Shown: positions 50,780-63,400 of the stretch, piece after piece | Layout of the letters: each line of letters starts with the position of its first letter | Position numbering within the stretch: position 1 is the first letter of the stretch | Source: Lama glama | Taxonomy: Eukaryota | Direction: 5' to 3' | DNA: 64,000 nt | NCBI GenBank assembly: GCA_028534125.1 | Contig: CM052831.1 | Span: 17,360,001 to 17,424,000, forward strand | Program-made: the position numbers and the translations under genes | Notes under the pieces: generated by a model | What the model saw: the letters and a program-made list of their open reading frames with translations, nothing else | The model's database searches: none | Told to the model about the DNA's origin: nothing

Positions 50780-51260
50780 GAATGGGGTAGCCAAGTCCCC
50801 CATGTCTGTTACCCTATGACCCAGCAGTTCCCAATTCTCTGTACCGACCCTAAACCAATCCTGGCAAATGTGCACAAAGAAGTACATATAAAGACTGTTG
50901 TCTGTCAAGCGACCTCCGTGGCCACCAGCCAGAAAATAGCTCGTTACCTGCAGCATATTCATAACAAGGGAACACTACACTGCAATTAAAAGGACTATGT
51001 TAAATGCATTAACAGGTACCAACAATAAACTATTTTTAAAAACCATTGTTGAACCCTCAAAAAAGCAGTAGAATGATAAATACAACATTTTATTTATGTA
51101 AAAAAATCTACATATTTATACAAATACAGGTAACCCTGCTGAAATGGTTTCACACTCTGGGGGAAGTAGGAGGAAGAGAAGTCAACAGATTTAAGCTTTA
51201 GATGAAATGTTCTGAGATAGAACATATTCATGTATTACATGCAAATTTTTTTTTAATTAA
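50780..51260 (+). mobile_element. Old L1 3' fragment (L1ME-like)
   Basis: ttaccctatgacccagcagttcccaattct...gcatattcataacaagggaacactacactgcaattaaaa. Confidence 0.6.
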
Positions 51261-51849
51261 AGAAAAAATACAGGCCACGGGTGCCTACACCAACAGTACG
51301 TGCTCCTTGCTCATGGCCCATCACTTCCATCAGAAACAGAGGACGACAGCAACCCGAGAAGGCACCTGCCCGTGGAACAGAGACAAGGCCCAGGCTGTAC
51401 CAAAGGACCAGGCCGTCCTCAGTCACCACTCACCAGAACAGCTGGGAAACCTTAGCTTAGGAAACCTCTCAGGGCTTCCAACCTCATCTCTTACTCCTAA
51501 CTCCTCAACGGCCGGCCTCAGATTCCCTAAAACGGTGGGGCCCTCGCTCTAGCCTGCTTTCAAGTGGCTGTTTTTGGCAAATTGAATCTAAGAACTGACC
51601 CTGACCACATGCCCATGTTCCCCCTCTGCCTTCCATGCTGGCCTTAGGCATCATCTATCCAACCCTTTATCCATCCTTCAAGGCTTCACCACGCAGCCCC
51701 CAGGTGCCCAGCGTACCAAAGACACATCAATGGACCAGGCTAGGCTGACCACACAGCCCAGTCTAGTGGCCTGGGCTACCCACCCCAGCACTCACCTGAA
51801 TTCTCAAAGTCCAGAATGGAGCCACCAAGAGCCAAGACGCAAAAGGGCT

Positions 51850-52070
51850 GTTTTCAAACCTCAGCCTCTTCACTTACCAGCTGTGTATTGGGGACAAATT
51901 TTTCTCTCTGTGAAGCTCCGAGTTTCTCCTTTTTGGATGGAGACAGTACCCTGGAAGGAGTTATTTTAGGAGACCCCTCTCTCATGGGGTGGTGGTGAGA
52001 GTTAAATGAATAACTACATAGCTTTAAGTTCAGGATCTGGAACACATCATTCAGCAAGGCTATGACTTGC
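51850..52070 (+). mobile_element. MIR SINE
   Basis: ttcaaacctcagcctcttcacttaccagctgtgtattggggacaa...gtggtgagagttaaatgaataa. Confidence 0.75.
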
Positions 52071-52099
52071 TGAATGAGACTGAATGAGATGGTGTTATA

Positions 52100-52399
52100 G
52101 TGGGAGCTGGCAAACTTTTTCCGCATCAGGCCATAGAGTTTACATATTATACACATGAAATAGTCTAGGCCTGCAGGTCAGATAGCACTCTCCTGCCAGG
52201 AAGCAAACAGGTGTGTCTGCGTTCCAATAAAACTTTATTTATGGACCTTCAATGTGAATGACATTTTCACATCTTCAACTGTTTTTTTTTTAATCTTTTC
52301 AACGATTAAGAAGTGTAGAATAACACGCTTAGCACACTGGCGGTGCAAAAACAAATGGCAGGTCAGATTTGGGTGCAGGCTACAGTTTGCTGACCCCTG
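52100..52399. mobile_element. MER58-like hAT DNA transposon
   Basis: ggcaaactttttcc...gttccaataaaactttatttatggac...tacagtttgctgacccctg. Confidence 0.8.
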
Positions 52400-52544
52400 T
52401 GTTAGAGGCAATCCTGTGCATTAGAGAGACCAAGAAACCCCAAACTGTCGTGCAGCAAGCTCTTCCTCCCTGGAGAGCTGTGGCTGCTGTCTGCTGCAGG
52501 CATCTCCAGCACTGGGCTACTTGAAGGAAAACAACAGAACACCC

Positions 52545-52740
52545 ATGCATTCATGTCTATGTATGTGTGAATGTATGCACATGTATGTGTGTGTATATAC
52601 ATGAGTAAATATGGGTATATAATTACATGTATATTTAAATTATACACACATATATATAATTACATATGAATATGTATGTAAATATTCACTTACCCTTCTT
52701 AATTTATATCTTGGAAATGTTTTCTGATGTGTATATATAC
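52545..52740. repeat. TA/TG-rich low-complexity tract
   Basis: tatgtatgtgtgaatgtatgcacatgtatgtgtgtgtatatac...acacatatatataattacatatg. Confidence 0.75.
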
Positions 52741-52761
52741 AACATCAGCATAGTACATCTA

Positions 52762-52920
52762 TGCTATGGAATGAATTCTGTTCCCCCAAAATTCATATGT
52801 TGAAGGCCTAACCCCCAACATGGTGATATTCTTAAGTGGGACTTTTGGTAAGTAATTAGGTCATGAAGGGGAGGTGGCCCCCAGGACGGGATGAGAGCCC
52901 TTATAAGAAGAGACAATCAT
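52762..52920 (+). mobile_element. MaLR LTR 5' fragment (MLT1A-like)
   Basis: tgctatggaatgaattctgttcccccaaaattcatatgttgaaggcctaacccccaa...gcccttataagaagagac. Confidence 0.8.
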
Positions 52921-54314
52921 ATTTCCTCTCCATCTCTCCGGTGGGCAGAGGAGTGGAAGCGGGCAGACATGCCTGGGCACAGACCTACCTGGGTGATACG
53001 TGGCCCTGCAAATGACAAGGAATAAACAGGGAGAGAAAAAGGTCACCCAGTCTGCCTCTTGGTGCCCTGCCATTTCCACAAATGCTAGTGAAGGAATCTG
53101 AGTAGATCCACACCCACCCCCTTCAGTCCCCCACCCCCACCCCCAACCTCCAGAAATGGGAAATCCAGACCCAAAGGATTGTCCACTGCCTCTCCCGACC
53201 CTGTGCTTCCAATCTGCTGAGTCTCACGACCCTCCCGGCCTCATCACTTGGCCAGTTCCTTCCAGGGAAACCAGCCTCTCTCAAGAGTAGCCACTTTAGT
53301 ACTGTCGCCCCTGCAGACAAGACAACTTTAGAAACTGTTGGTTCAGAGTAACAGAAGGAACAGCAGAGCTTTCATTTCCTGTCAGTGACCTGTGGCAATC
53401 CCAGGCGACAGGATCTAAAACCATCCCCAGTTCCCCTGCACTGAGAAGGTGCTCACCGGTTGCCATACCTTCCCCACACACCAGAGTCCAATCCCAAATC
53501 CCTTACATGCAAATGCCCTGCTAATTGGGCCTCCAGTGCCTCCATCATAAACAGACACTACAACTGGCAGTGTAATTAGCAAGCTTCTGCTGCCAAGACA
53601 ACCACCTTATTCCCCCGCGCTGGGGAAGTTGTCCTTCCTGACCTTAAGTTTCAAATCCCAGATATTTTCGGATGGAAAGGTCTGCTCAATCAGAGGAATC
53701 TATCACCTAGTGAAAGCAATTAAAGTAGCAATTAATTCAAAATCCATACCAGCAAAGCAAGGCAAAAAAATAAAGAGGAGGAAAATTAAGCAAAAAGCAA
53801 GCCATATTAATAATTTCCTTTGTCTCAACTGTCCAGAAGATGCATGTCAGGATTCAAAAGCCCAGTCAGTGTATGAATTTTTCCCTTGTTCTGTGGTTAC
53901 CAACATAAGAGTCCCACAGGCAGGCAGCTCCCGGCACACAGTAGGTCCCTAACAAATGATTCAAGTTTGGAAGGAAAAAAGATCTCCTTCTCCAGCATCT
54001 TTTGTCCTTGACCAAAGGAGAACTCGGATCTTCCTCTTAAGAATTAAACTTTATGCTGAATAAAAGATGTCTTAATCTTTCACAAAATTATTCTAATATA
54101 TATATATATAAATTTTCAACATTCCAACAAACCACCCAAAGGCCATATAGACCAACATGGTAAGTCCTTAGTTATGTTCAGGTTACAGATGATTTTACTC
54201 TCCCTCTGTGTATCTTTACGGGTTCCTCTATTTTCAACAATGAACATTTATTGCACTTCAATAGAAAAAAAAATTATGGAAACCAGGAGATTAAAATAAT
54301 ATTCAAACTCAGAA

Positions 54315-54475
54315 AGCAGTTCTCAAACTCCAAGGGGCTCCAACTCACCTGCAGGTCTTGTGAAAAAGCAAATTCTGGTTCCATTAGTCTGGGGCGGGGG
54401 TGGGGTCCTGCATTTCTGACAAGCTCTCACATGACAACTGATGAACCCCATGGTGCTTTGATTGCCAAGGCTCTA
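54315..54475. mobile_element. MER5-family DNA transposon fragment
   Basis: gcagttctcaaact...aaattctggttccattagtctggggcggggg...ctgcatttctgacaagctc. Confidence 0.7.
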
Positions 54476-56161
54476 TAAAGCACAGAAGTAATTCAAGATG
54501 CCAACGATCCCAGTTTTTTAAAGAGATGATGGTGGTAACAAGGTCTTAAATCAAAGCAGGGCAACACCAGCAAAGTCTTAACGCTGAAATATTAATGCAT
54601 TTTGGGCTCTAGCCAGAAAGAAGGGAAAAAAAAAAAAACACAACAAAAACAAAACTGAACTATATTTGAAAGTACAGTGCCCTGCTGGAAGCGCGTGTCT
54701 TCATAGTTAAAAACAAGTGAAATTGCTTCTTATTGATTTTAATTTAGGTTGGAACACTTGCTGTCCAATAATGCCAGAAGAGGAAGCTGTGAGTGGGGAC
54801 AAGATATGATAAGAGAGACAAGATATGACGGCCTCTGGAGGCCATCAGTTACTCTGCTGACCTTGGGTCTCAGCGGTACTTAAAACGTGATGGACAGGAT
54901 GAGGTGCAGGCAGAATACACGCCCAGACGCACTGTTCGGCACTCTTCTCATCCTCCAGGGCCTCTTACCATTACGGACTCTCTTTATTATTATTTTTTTA
55001 ATTCCGGCTCTAAATGTTGTTCAATTAAGTTTTACTCGTTTCCTTACAGATCCTTAGGATTCTCATTTACAAATAAAATCAAGAGAAGCAGTTAAGGCTA
55101 AGTGTTATCAGCATGTCTCCTCAAGAGAGCCTGTCCTGAGCGCCAAAATAAAAGTCCCTGAATGCCTGGAGATAAAAAGCTCACAAGGAATGAACTCGAA
55201 AAATCAAAGGGAGGAATGAAGCCATTATGAAAGGACTATTTTTGGCAGGCAGGGGAGACGGTCCCTGTCCTTCTCAATACACCTACTTACCTTCCCTTTT
55301 ATGTACGTCCAGCTGGTACTGGTGCCCTCTGATTGAAAATGACCGAAATCAACCCTTGATTACCACAGGCAGAGAAAGAATGTACTGAAAGGATCTTGGA
55401 CATCTCAAAGAATCCAATCAACAGCCAAACAATCCAACTTTTGAAAGGCAAGGATCAGAGCAGCTTGGGGTGTGTGGGGTGTGGGTGGGGGGATGTTCAG
55501 GCAGCAGGAATTGAGAGAGATGTTGGTATTCTCGTATCCCTGGCCTCTCGGGCCTCCAACTCCGGTGACAAAAGGTGTGACTGGCCTAGCCTGGGTTTTG
55601 TACCTCAAATGGCATAGACAGAGCCCGCTGAAGAGCAGAAGGTCCCATCAAGACGATGGAGGAGGGAAAAATACCCAAAGAGTACCAAAAAATTGGTAAA
55701 GGGATGCCCAGCAGGCAAAAACAAGAGCAGAATAGTAAGAACAGTAATGATGGCCGTGTGCTTGCTAAGGACCAGTGCTTTGTTTACATTTTTGTTTAAT
55801 TTTTACATCGACTCTATGAGAGAGCAACTGTTCTCCCATTTCACAGATGATGAAGTGGGGGACTAAGGACACAAAGCTAGTCCATGACAAAGCAAGAAGA
55901 CAGTCTCAGTTTACAAGACCACCATGAGAAAGTCATTCAGCCTTGTCCTGGGCTGCTTCATGGTCCCCACAGACAACAAAATCAAGCCCAGATGCCTCGG
56001 CCTGACATTCAAGGGCCAGTCCATGCATCTGACGTTGGCTGCCAGGCCTCTCAAGCCTCAGCAGTGCCCATGTGCAAGCTGACAGTCACTAATGGCTTTA
56101 TGCCCTAAGGAAGCAGCTAAGATACAAGGCAGACATGGGTCCGAGTCCCACAGTGGCAGGA

Positions 56162-56180
56162 CGCTGCCCTCTGGTCAGCC
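56162..56180 (-). promoter_or_regulatory. Candidate CTCF motif
   Basis: Minus strand GGCTGACCAGAGGGCAGCG is a good match to the CTCF core. Confidence 0.45.
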
Positions 56181-58179
56181 ACCTTAACAGGCTCATTACT
56201 GCCTCTGCTCACCACCTCCCTGTGCACACAGACCAAGTATCAGCCAGGCTTTCAGAGGCTTACAGAGCACCTCCTCCCAGGAAGGTCTCACTACTCTGTT
56301 GCTTCTGAACACTACTCTATGGCATCGTGTATCAGCATTTTATTATATCTTCAGCCTTACACACCTAGGCAAACGGTTTTAGGGGCCTTCATTTTATTTC
56401 CCCAATTTGCACCCATTTTTAGAACACCTGTAACATCAAGCCAAGTGCTATACGTGTAAAGTGTCCACTAGTATTTGACTTGAACCCATTACTCTCCTTG
56501 CAATAACGTGCAAGGGGATAGACCCCTTTTGAAGTTAAAAAAACCTAAAGTCCGCGTGGCCAGCTCAGGTCTTTACTTCTGCTTCTATGGACTGGAAAGA
56601 GTAAAGTCCAGAAGACAGTGGTTTCCCCCAGGAGTCAGCCTGGTCATCCTTCCCTTCCCAGCCCCACAACGTGAACACAGGGGTACATGGTTAATTTAAA
56701 ACTGATTCCATTCTTCATAAAAAACAGGCTGAGGCTCCCTAAGTTCAGATCATGCTGCTTCCTCGCTGCGTTCTCTATCTTGGCCAGACGTTTCCATCTC
56801 TTGTTGTCTCTCTGTCCTTCTAGAGAAAGAGTCTCTCTCTCTCAAGTCATTCCAGGGCGATGAGAAAAAATGTGCTGAAATAAAAACTTACTACTTTGGC
56901 CAATCATATTGCTGTCCCTGTAACTTTTACCATTGATCTGCTATAACATATATGAATATATTATATATTCTGCCCCCAAAAAGGTAAGGATATAGCAACT
57001 AACAAGATAAAGAAGCAATTGTGGGTTCTCTCTTTCACTCTCTGCCTTTGTCATGCTCTCTCCCTCTCATATTCTGGTGGCCACATGCTCCCAAATTGGT
57101 AAGCACAAATCTAACGTCACAGAGGGCAAAAAGCCCCACAGCTGCGTGTAGCCTGCACTCACAAATGACTCAAACACAGAGTCAGGGAGCACAGGAAAAA
57201 AAAGGCTGCAAACCCTGTCTATTAAAACTCAGTCGTACAAAGAGCTGATTTGACCTTCCTTCTCACCCCTGAGCTTTCACACTTGCCGTCTGATTAGCTA
57301 GTGTCTGGAACTAATTAACAGGTGTGGCAAGAAAGAGAGAAGGAAAACAAACCTTGGCAACTTTCTCTCCGGGAATTGATGAGTCTAGATTTGCAACAGC
57401 TCCTCTAGCACAGAACTAACCAAGAGAACTCACTGAAGTGGGTTCATTATTCAGACCGTCCACCTATTCAGCCTTTCAAAGTACCCACCCCCAAGAAAGA
57501 AATGTTAAAAATTCATCCCCGACTACATGATGGTTTCCTCGGCTATCGAGGGTGCCCCGAATATGATGGACAGGAACACCTGAGTGGACCAAGCCCGAAA
57601 TCTTGGGGAAGTCAGAGGCAAGGATGTGTGTCTGCTGGGCTCTGGGACCCAGAGACAGCAAAGAAGGAAACACAAATATTTTCCCTCCAAAGACATTACT
57701 TTTCTGTAACTACTCGGAAACCTCTAGAAACCTGTACAAGTCACACAGTACCCTGCAAACATGCCCTCTGCAGACGAAAGGTATAATTATATCCTGTTAC
57801 CCAAGGTAACTTACCAAGAGCTCCTGCAGATTTCTGCAGCCAAAAGAAAATAATAATCTTTAAGTCCGTTTACCGCATTCGTGGCCACAGGAATAGAACA
57901 CACTTACCCAGGGAGACCTTTTTTCCTTACTTCTATTAACACACATATCATTTATTGAGTTTAAGGTGCATTGGAGCGTTTCATCAACCTTACATCAGTA
58001 TACACACAAAGACTTGACAGTGTACAGTGGCCTTCAGTCCTCACTCGCCTGGCTTTCCCCTTTTCAGAACTCAGCTATCAGTCTTAAAGGACCCAGAGTT
58101 CAATCCAGTAAGTGCAATTCACAAGATGTGCAGAGCTGGTCATCTCTGTATGACTACAAGTACCACATTCTTAGGAAAA

Positions 58180-58370
58180 AGATCATCAGCTTTGGAGTCA
58201 GAAGCCTGGTTCTACCACTTTCAAAGGTAACTAATGCTGGGTAAGTTTCTTAATAAAGCAAAACTTCTATGTGCTCACCTGGGAAACACAAGGATGAATT
58301 TCAGATAAGGCGTGTCCAGCCCTTAGCATGAGGCCTACCAAGCTCGTAGCAGGTGCTCAATAAATGGCCA
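58180..58370 (+). mobile_element. MIR SINE
   Basis: agctttggagtcagaagcctggttctaccactt...gggtaagtttcttaa...gtagcaggtgctcaataaatgg. Confidence 0.7.
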
Positions 58371-59809
58371 GCCACACCGTAAACACGACAGAAGGAATGA
58401 CTGTAGAATTTCCAGATGCCCTCTCTCTCCCAGACTGGCTGGGCACAGAGGTGTTCATCCTGTAAATTAGGGCTTGCAGCAGAAAACACTACACAGGAGT
58501 GAAACGCCCAGACCCATGGAAATACAGGGAGGAGGGCAGCTGTCAGTAACGCGAACACAGGTGAACACTCCATCCCTAAAAAGGGATTTGTCTTGGCAAC
58601 TCGGCAAGGGAATCACTACAGTTCTGTGTGGACAGAAAGGTCTAAAGGATGGTTTCCCTTTAAGAGTCACTCTGAAATCTGGTTCTGCTGCAGAGAAGGA
58701 TGAAGTCCTTGGAGAGCTACTTTTCTTCCCCATCCCAAGTGGGCACGCACATCTGCTCTCATCAACCCTCCCCCGGGTTTTCAGGGCAGCTCAAGGCTAG
58801 ACCTGAGGACCCACTGACACTCCTCCAACACCTGAACTGGAAGACTTCAACATCCTTGTTTACCACTCATAAAAGAACTTGCAAATGAAACCCAGATTCT
58901 CATCACCTGCACCAAACAAAAGACATGTGTCCACCCTGCCAAACGTTCCCTGGGAGGGAAGCAGTCCCACCCAGAACCTGAAAACGATTAGACAGGGATG
59001 GGTTTTCCCAGCCGACTGGCTGCTTCCCACTCCAGCACGGTCCACCCTCTCCTAGATTCTGGGCCAGAAGACGTGCCCTGACACACAGGTCCCTTGCTCA
59101 ATACCCCTGCAGGCGGACCTGAGCTTTCTGATAAAGTGTGTTCTGCCTGTCACATTCTCCCTATTTTCCATCTCCAAATTAAGCAGCCGGTTGGCAAGCA
59201 CAGAATATTTACTCTACTCGGAAGAGCCTCTCATTGTAACATTCTGTTGGAGAAAGGATTCAAATACCCTCTAGAGGTCTCTATACGATACTGATGCAGA
59301 GACGACCACACGATCCATCTCAAACCCACAGCTGTGTTAAAGCTTGGGCCACTCACTGGTAATAACCTGGAGTCCAGTGCTTGGAGCTGGTATGAGACTG
59401 GCTAGAAACAGGAACTTGAGCTTCAATAAAACCAAACACCCAGGAGAGCAAATGCAAGGGCCTGGGAGGCTGAGTAAGAAGGGTGTTCTATGGCTTCCTC
59501 CCCCAGGCAGGAGGGAACCGGAGCTATGACCCATTAGCGCTCTTCTCCAGGAGCTTTGGCGGGCCACTGGCAATCTCCAAACACGGCTATGGTCCCCTCG
59601 GTTTTTCAAATGACTGAGCGTGAGCTGAAGCAGAATGCTCAAAGTGTTCTACAGAGTCCAGAGCTCCTCGGCAGCAAAGGCTGGCGTCTTAAGAGCATGC
59701 AGGTCTGTTTGCAACTGTCCATGAGTCCCCCTAGGCATCACCAACCGGAACCAGAAGGGGGAGAAATCGAAGCCAGGAACTCTGCCTGATGCCCACGCAT
59801 GTGCTGGTA

Positions 59810-59950
59810 AAACAATAACGGCTATTATATTCAAGTGCTTCCTATCTGCCAGGCCTGTGCCCAGTGCCTTCCGTGGCTAACCTCATTCACTCCTTCAACA
59901 ACGTCATGGAGCAGGGACTGTTACCCGACTTCACAGATGGGCAAACAAAG
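59810..59950 (-). mobile_element. MIR fragment
   Basis: tattcaagtgcttcctatctgccaggcctgtgcc...ttcacagatgggcaaac. Confidence 0.65.
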
Positions 59951-60172
59951 CCCCAACCCTCTATCCTGACACCGCTCGGACTCCAGCACTTCCTAGTGAT
60001 AGTGCCTACCAGAAGGCAAGCCTCTCCATCAATAGCAAGGGTCTCTCCTGGTCCCCTGTTTTCAACGGACAAGGATGGAATAAGATGTGATGTGATCACT
60101 GTCACAGAGGGGACCACATTGTTGAAATGCTCTTGTGAAAAGTGATGGAAGGCCTGAACAAGCGCTCTAGAC

Positions 60173-60490
60173 CAGCATTACCCGATAAAAAATACCACGC
60201 AAGCCACGAACAGGAGCCATTCACATAATTTCAAATGTTACGGTAGTCATATAAAACAGTAAAAAGAAACATGCAATGTTAATTGTAATGATATAGTTCC
60301 TTTAACCCTATATATCTGTAATTGTATCATTTCAACAGACAACCAATGTAAAACTTTAACGAGATATTTTACACACTTTTTTTCACGTGTCTTTGAAATC
60401 CAGTGTGTGTTTTACACTTACCACACATCTCAATTTGGACAAGTCACATTTCGAGTACTCAATGCCATGTCCCACACGGGTCAGCACGGC
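60173..60490. mobile_element. MER33 hAT-Charlie DNA transposon
   Basis: gcaagccac...gtaaaaagaaac...tttaaccctatatatc...ttgaaatccagtgtgtgttttacactta...atctcaatttggacaagtcacatttcgagtactcaat. Confidence 0.85.
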
Positions 60491-63400
60491 TCCATAGACA
60501 TTTCACAGTAAATTAGCTAAGACTCAACATTAGAAGGGACCCTTGAGGGGAGGCGGGGGCACACCCAGGAAACAAGTATGGGATCACTTTATGCCATCCA
60601 AGTATTTAGTATATTATCAACACCACAATTTATCTGTTGTCAGCTTCATGAAAGAATTCCTTTTGTCTTTTATCTCTACTCTCCAATTTCCTAACAAAAA
60701 AATAATACTCATCAGAGGATCACTCAAATCTTGAGAAACAAGCTACCCTAAAGGTAACAATGAATGTATTTGGAGTAAACACAAGATGCTTTACCAGGTA
60801 CAAACAACAGGGGGGAAAGGATCCATTTAGTCAGTCAGAATTTTAAAAACTGCTGCCACCAAGCCCATCCTTAACACTTACTTAAATAGCTAAAAATTCA
60901 GAAAGGTGTCACTTTGGAATATAAACAGTCCTACAAGAGCCATAATCTGATGCAAAACCTCTGGGCTTTAAAGAAAAGAAAAATAAGCAACTAATTTTAG
61001 ATCCCTAAACCTCCATTAGTAATGCTCACCCATTAGAATATGATGTAACCACCATCAAGAGATTGGATTTTCTTCCCCCTGAATAAATGAATGTGAGTCA
61101 AGTATGAGCCCAAATCAATTTCATGGATCGGGAAACCTTTGCACAAGGTACAAGGTACTTGCTATTGATACCTGCTCTTTCAGGTCAATTTCAAAATAGC
61201 TGTGTGGCTTAAAAACTGCCTGTATAGCGGCAAACCTGTTTGTAACAATATAAAAGCCCCTTAGCTATGCTTGTCCTTATGCTATTTGGCTAATGTGTCT
61301 CAGTACAGCACAGAGATGGCACAAAAGTCCTCTCTCCCTCTTCCAAAGGATTCTAAGACCCAGTTATGGCCTTAGCAGAAGAGAGCTCTGTGATCAACTA
61401 GCAATGTCTGCCATGGCTACAGGTAAAGCTGAAGGGCCTCATATGTCAATCTCCAATCTCTGTGTAGAAAAACTGCAAGATAACCCAGGGTTAAGAAGAA
61501 AACAAACACATATGCTACAGACTGTCACTGAATGTTTCTATCTGCATGCACCAGAGGATAGGATGGGCCCCATGTCAACAGAGAGATTTAGCAAAGCACG
61601 TACATGCTACCCACACAGATAATTTCAGCAATGAGAATACCAAAGGCAACGAAACCTGTTTCTTCATGCAGGGGACATTTAGGGCAAATTAAAACCTAAT
61701 AGACTCTTTGACACACCTCTGTCAATAGCAAATGTTCCTGGGGAGCCAAGTGTACCTTAATTCATCCACCACCTACTCTGCTAGAACAGGATACCATCCA
61801 GAAAGTGAAGTTCAAATTCTGTTCCTGCCACTTCATTAACTGTCAGATCCCTGCTCTCCCACCTTTTCTTTGGGTCATCTGGCATTAACTGAGGGCATAT
61901 TTATGCACACACTTCTTTCATAAATCTTAAACAACAACTATTAAAAACAGGTACCATTTATACCGTCCTGTTTGCCTAAAGATTTCCTAGTGCTCTGCAC
62001 ACATGATCTCTTTCCATCTTCACAAGGACTCAAGGAGATTGAAACTCTCATTATCCACATTCTACAGACAAGAAAACCAATCAAGTAAGTATAGGCCCCA
62101 GTTAGTACAGAACAGAACTAAGATTCACTATCTTGAGCCAGTAAACTTGACTGACAGATCTGGGCAATTCCAAAACCATGTATTCGCCACTGGCCTCTTT
62201 CATCTGAATCCACCCATCTCAAATCTCATTTTCTCAAAACCCTGTTAAAGGTCCCTCAGCATCTAAGAGTTATTTCTACAAACTGCTTTGTTTATCTGGT
62301 CAGAGTGCTTACAGTTTCCCAAGATTTTCCAGAAATCAATTTCCCCTCTGCCCAGCATCTCGAATGAAGGCAAAAACCTCAGGAACCAGCAGCTCCCTCA
62401 TATCAGTTAATACACTGCAGTTAACTGAGAAGGTTTTCTTTTAAAAAACCACATCCTAAAAAAATGTCTGGAAAGACTTCTAATGCCAAAGTCACCCACC
62501 CTCTATCACATAAAATAATTTCAGCAGCTTCTGTGCAAATTGACCAATTGAGAAAATGAGGGGCTGATGCCTGAAACTGTCAAGTGATTTTCACACCCTC
62601 CACTCACGCCCTCTGCACACATGTAAGCAGAGAAAATGACTAGTTTTAGAAGAGAAAACAACGGGTTGGGAGAGGAATAAAAGAGGACAGGCATTGACTA
62701 GGAATGTGTTCTAGAGACTTAGCTCCTGCCTAAGCACATCTGGAATGATGTACAGCCAACACCCGTCTAGTGGAAGACATCAGATAAGACAGTCCATGGA
62801 CACCCGTCAGGCAAAGCCAAGGTGGTCAGTTCGTGCAAGCCCTTCTCCAAGACCAGGCTGCTTAAAGCCAGGCAAAACATCAACATTCATCTTCATGCTC
62901 TACAACCAGCTCAAGCAAGCTCTGCTGCCCTCTATATACCTCGTGTCACTATTACCAGAACAACCAAAGCAGAAATGAGAATGCCTACTTCTCCCGGATC
63001 AACCCTAGAGCCAAGGGCCCTTCTGATGCAAATAAACATCCGAGTCACAGAATTTAGTCTAAGTAATTTCACAAAAGAAAAAAAAAGTTTCTGACCATGA
63101 ATGCCTAACCCCACTGCCCCATAAGACAGTTGACCCCTAATTAGAATATATCATTTTCAGCAATAGATACCCTAGTGGCAAGTAACAGAAAGTACAAACT
63201 TAATTTCTCCCTTTTTAAAAATGGACTTCAAACACCACGACCATATATATAATAATATATACACACATACTCTGAATTCTCTTAAGAAAGATAATGACCT
63301 TGGACATCATGACTCAAGAGCATGCAACATGATATTTCTGTAAAACACATACAATGATATCAAGACACTGTACTTTTAGACAGCATTAGCTGCTCACAGA

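Noticed and set aside
55030-55095. Plus-strand acceptor tttccttacag
   Set aside because: Followed by stops, no convincing donor, and opposite to the inferred transcription strand.
8918-63316. At least 18 AP-1 heptamers (TGASTCA) across the window
   Set aside because: Only modestly above a rough chance expectation once TG/CA enrichment is considered. They are dispersed rather than clustered, and some lie in repeats.
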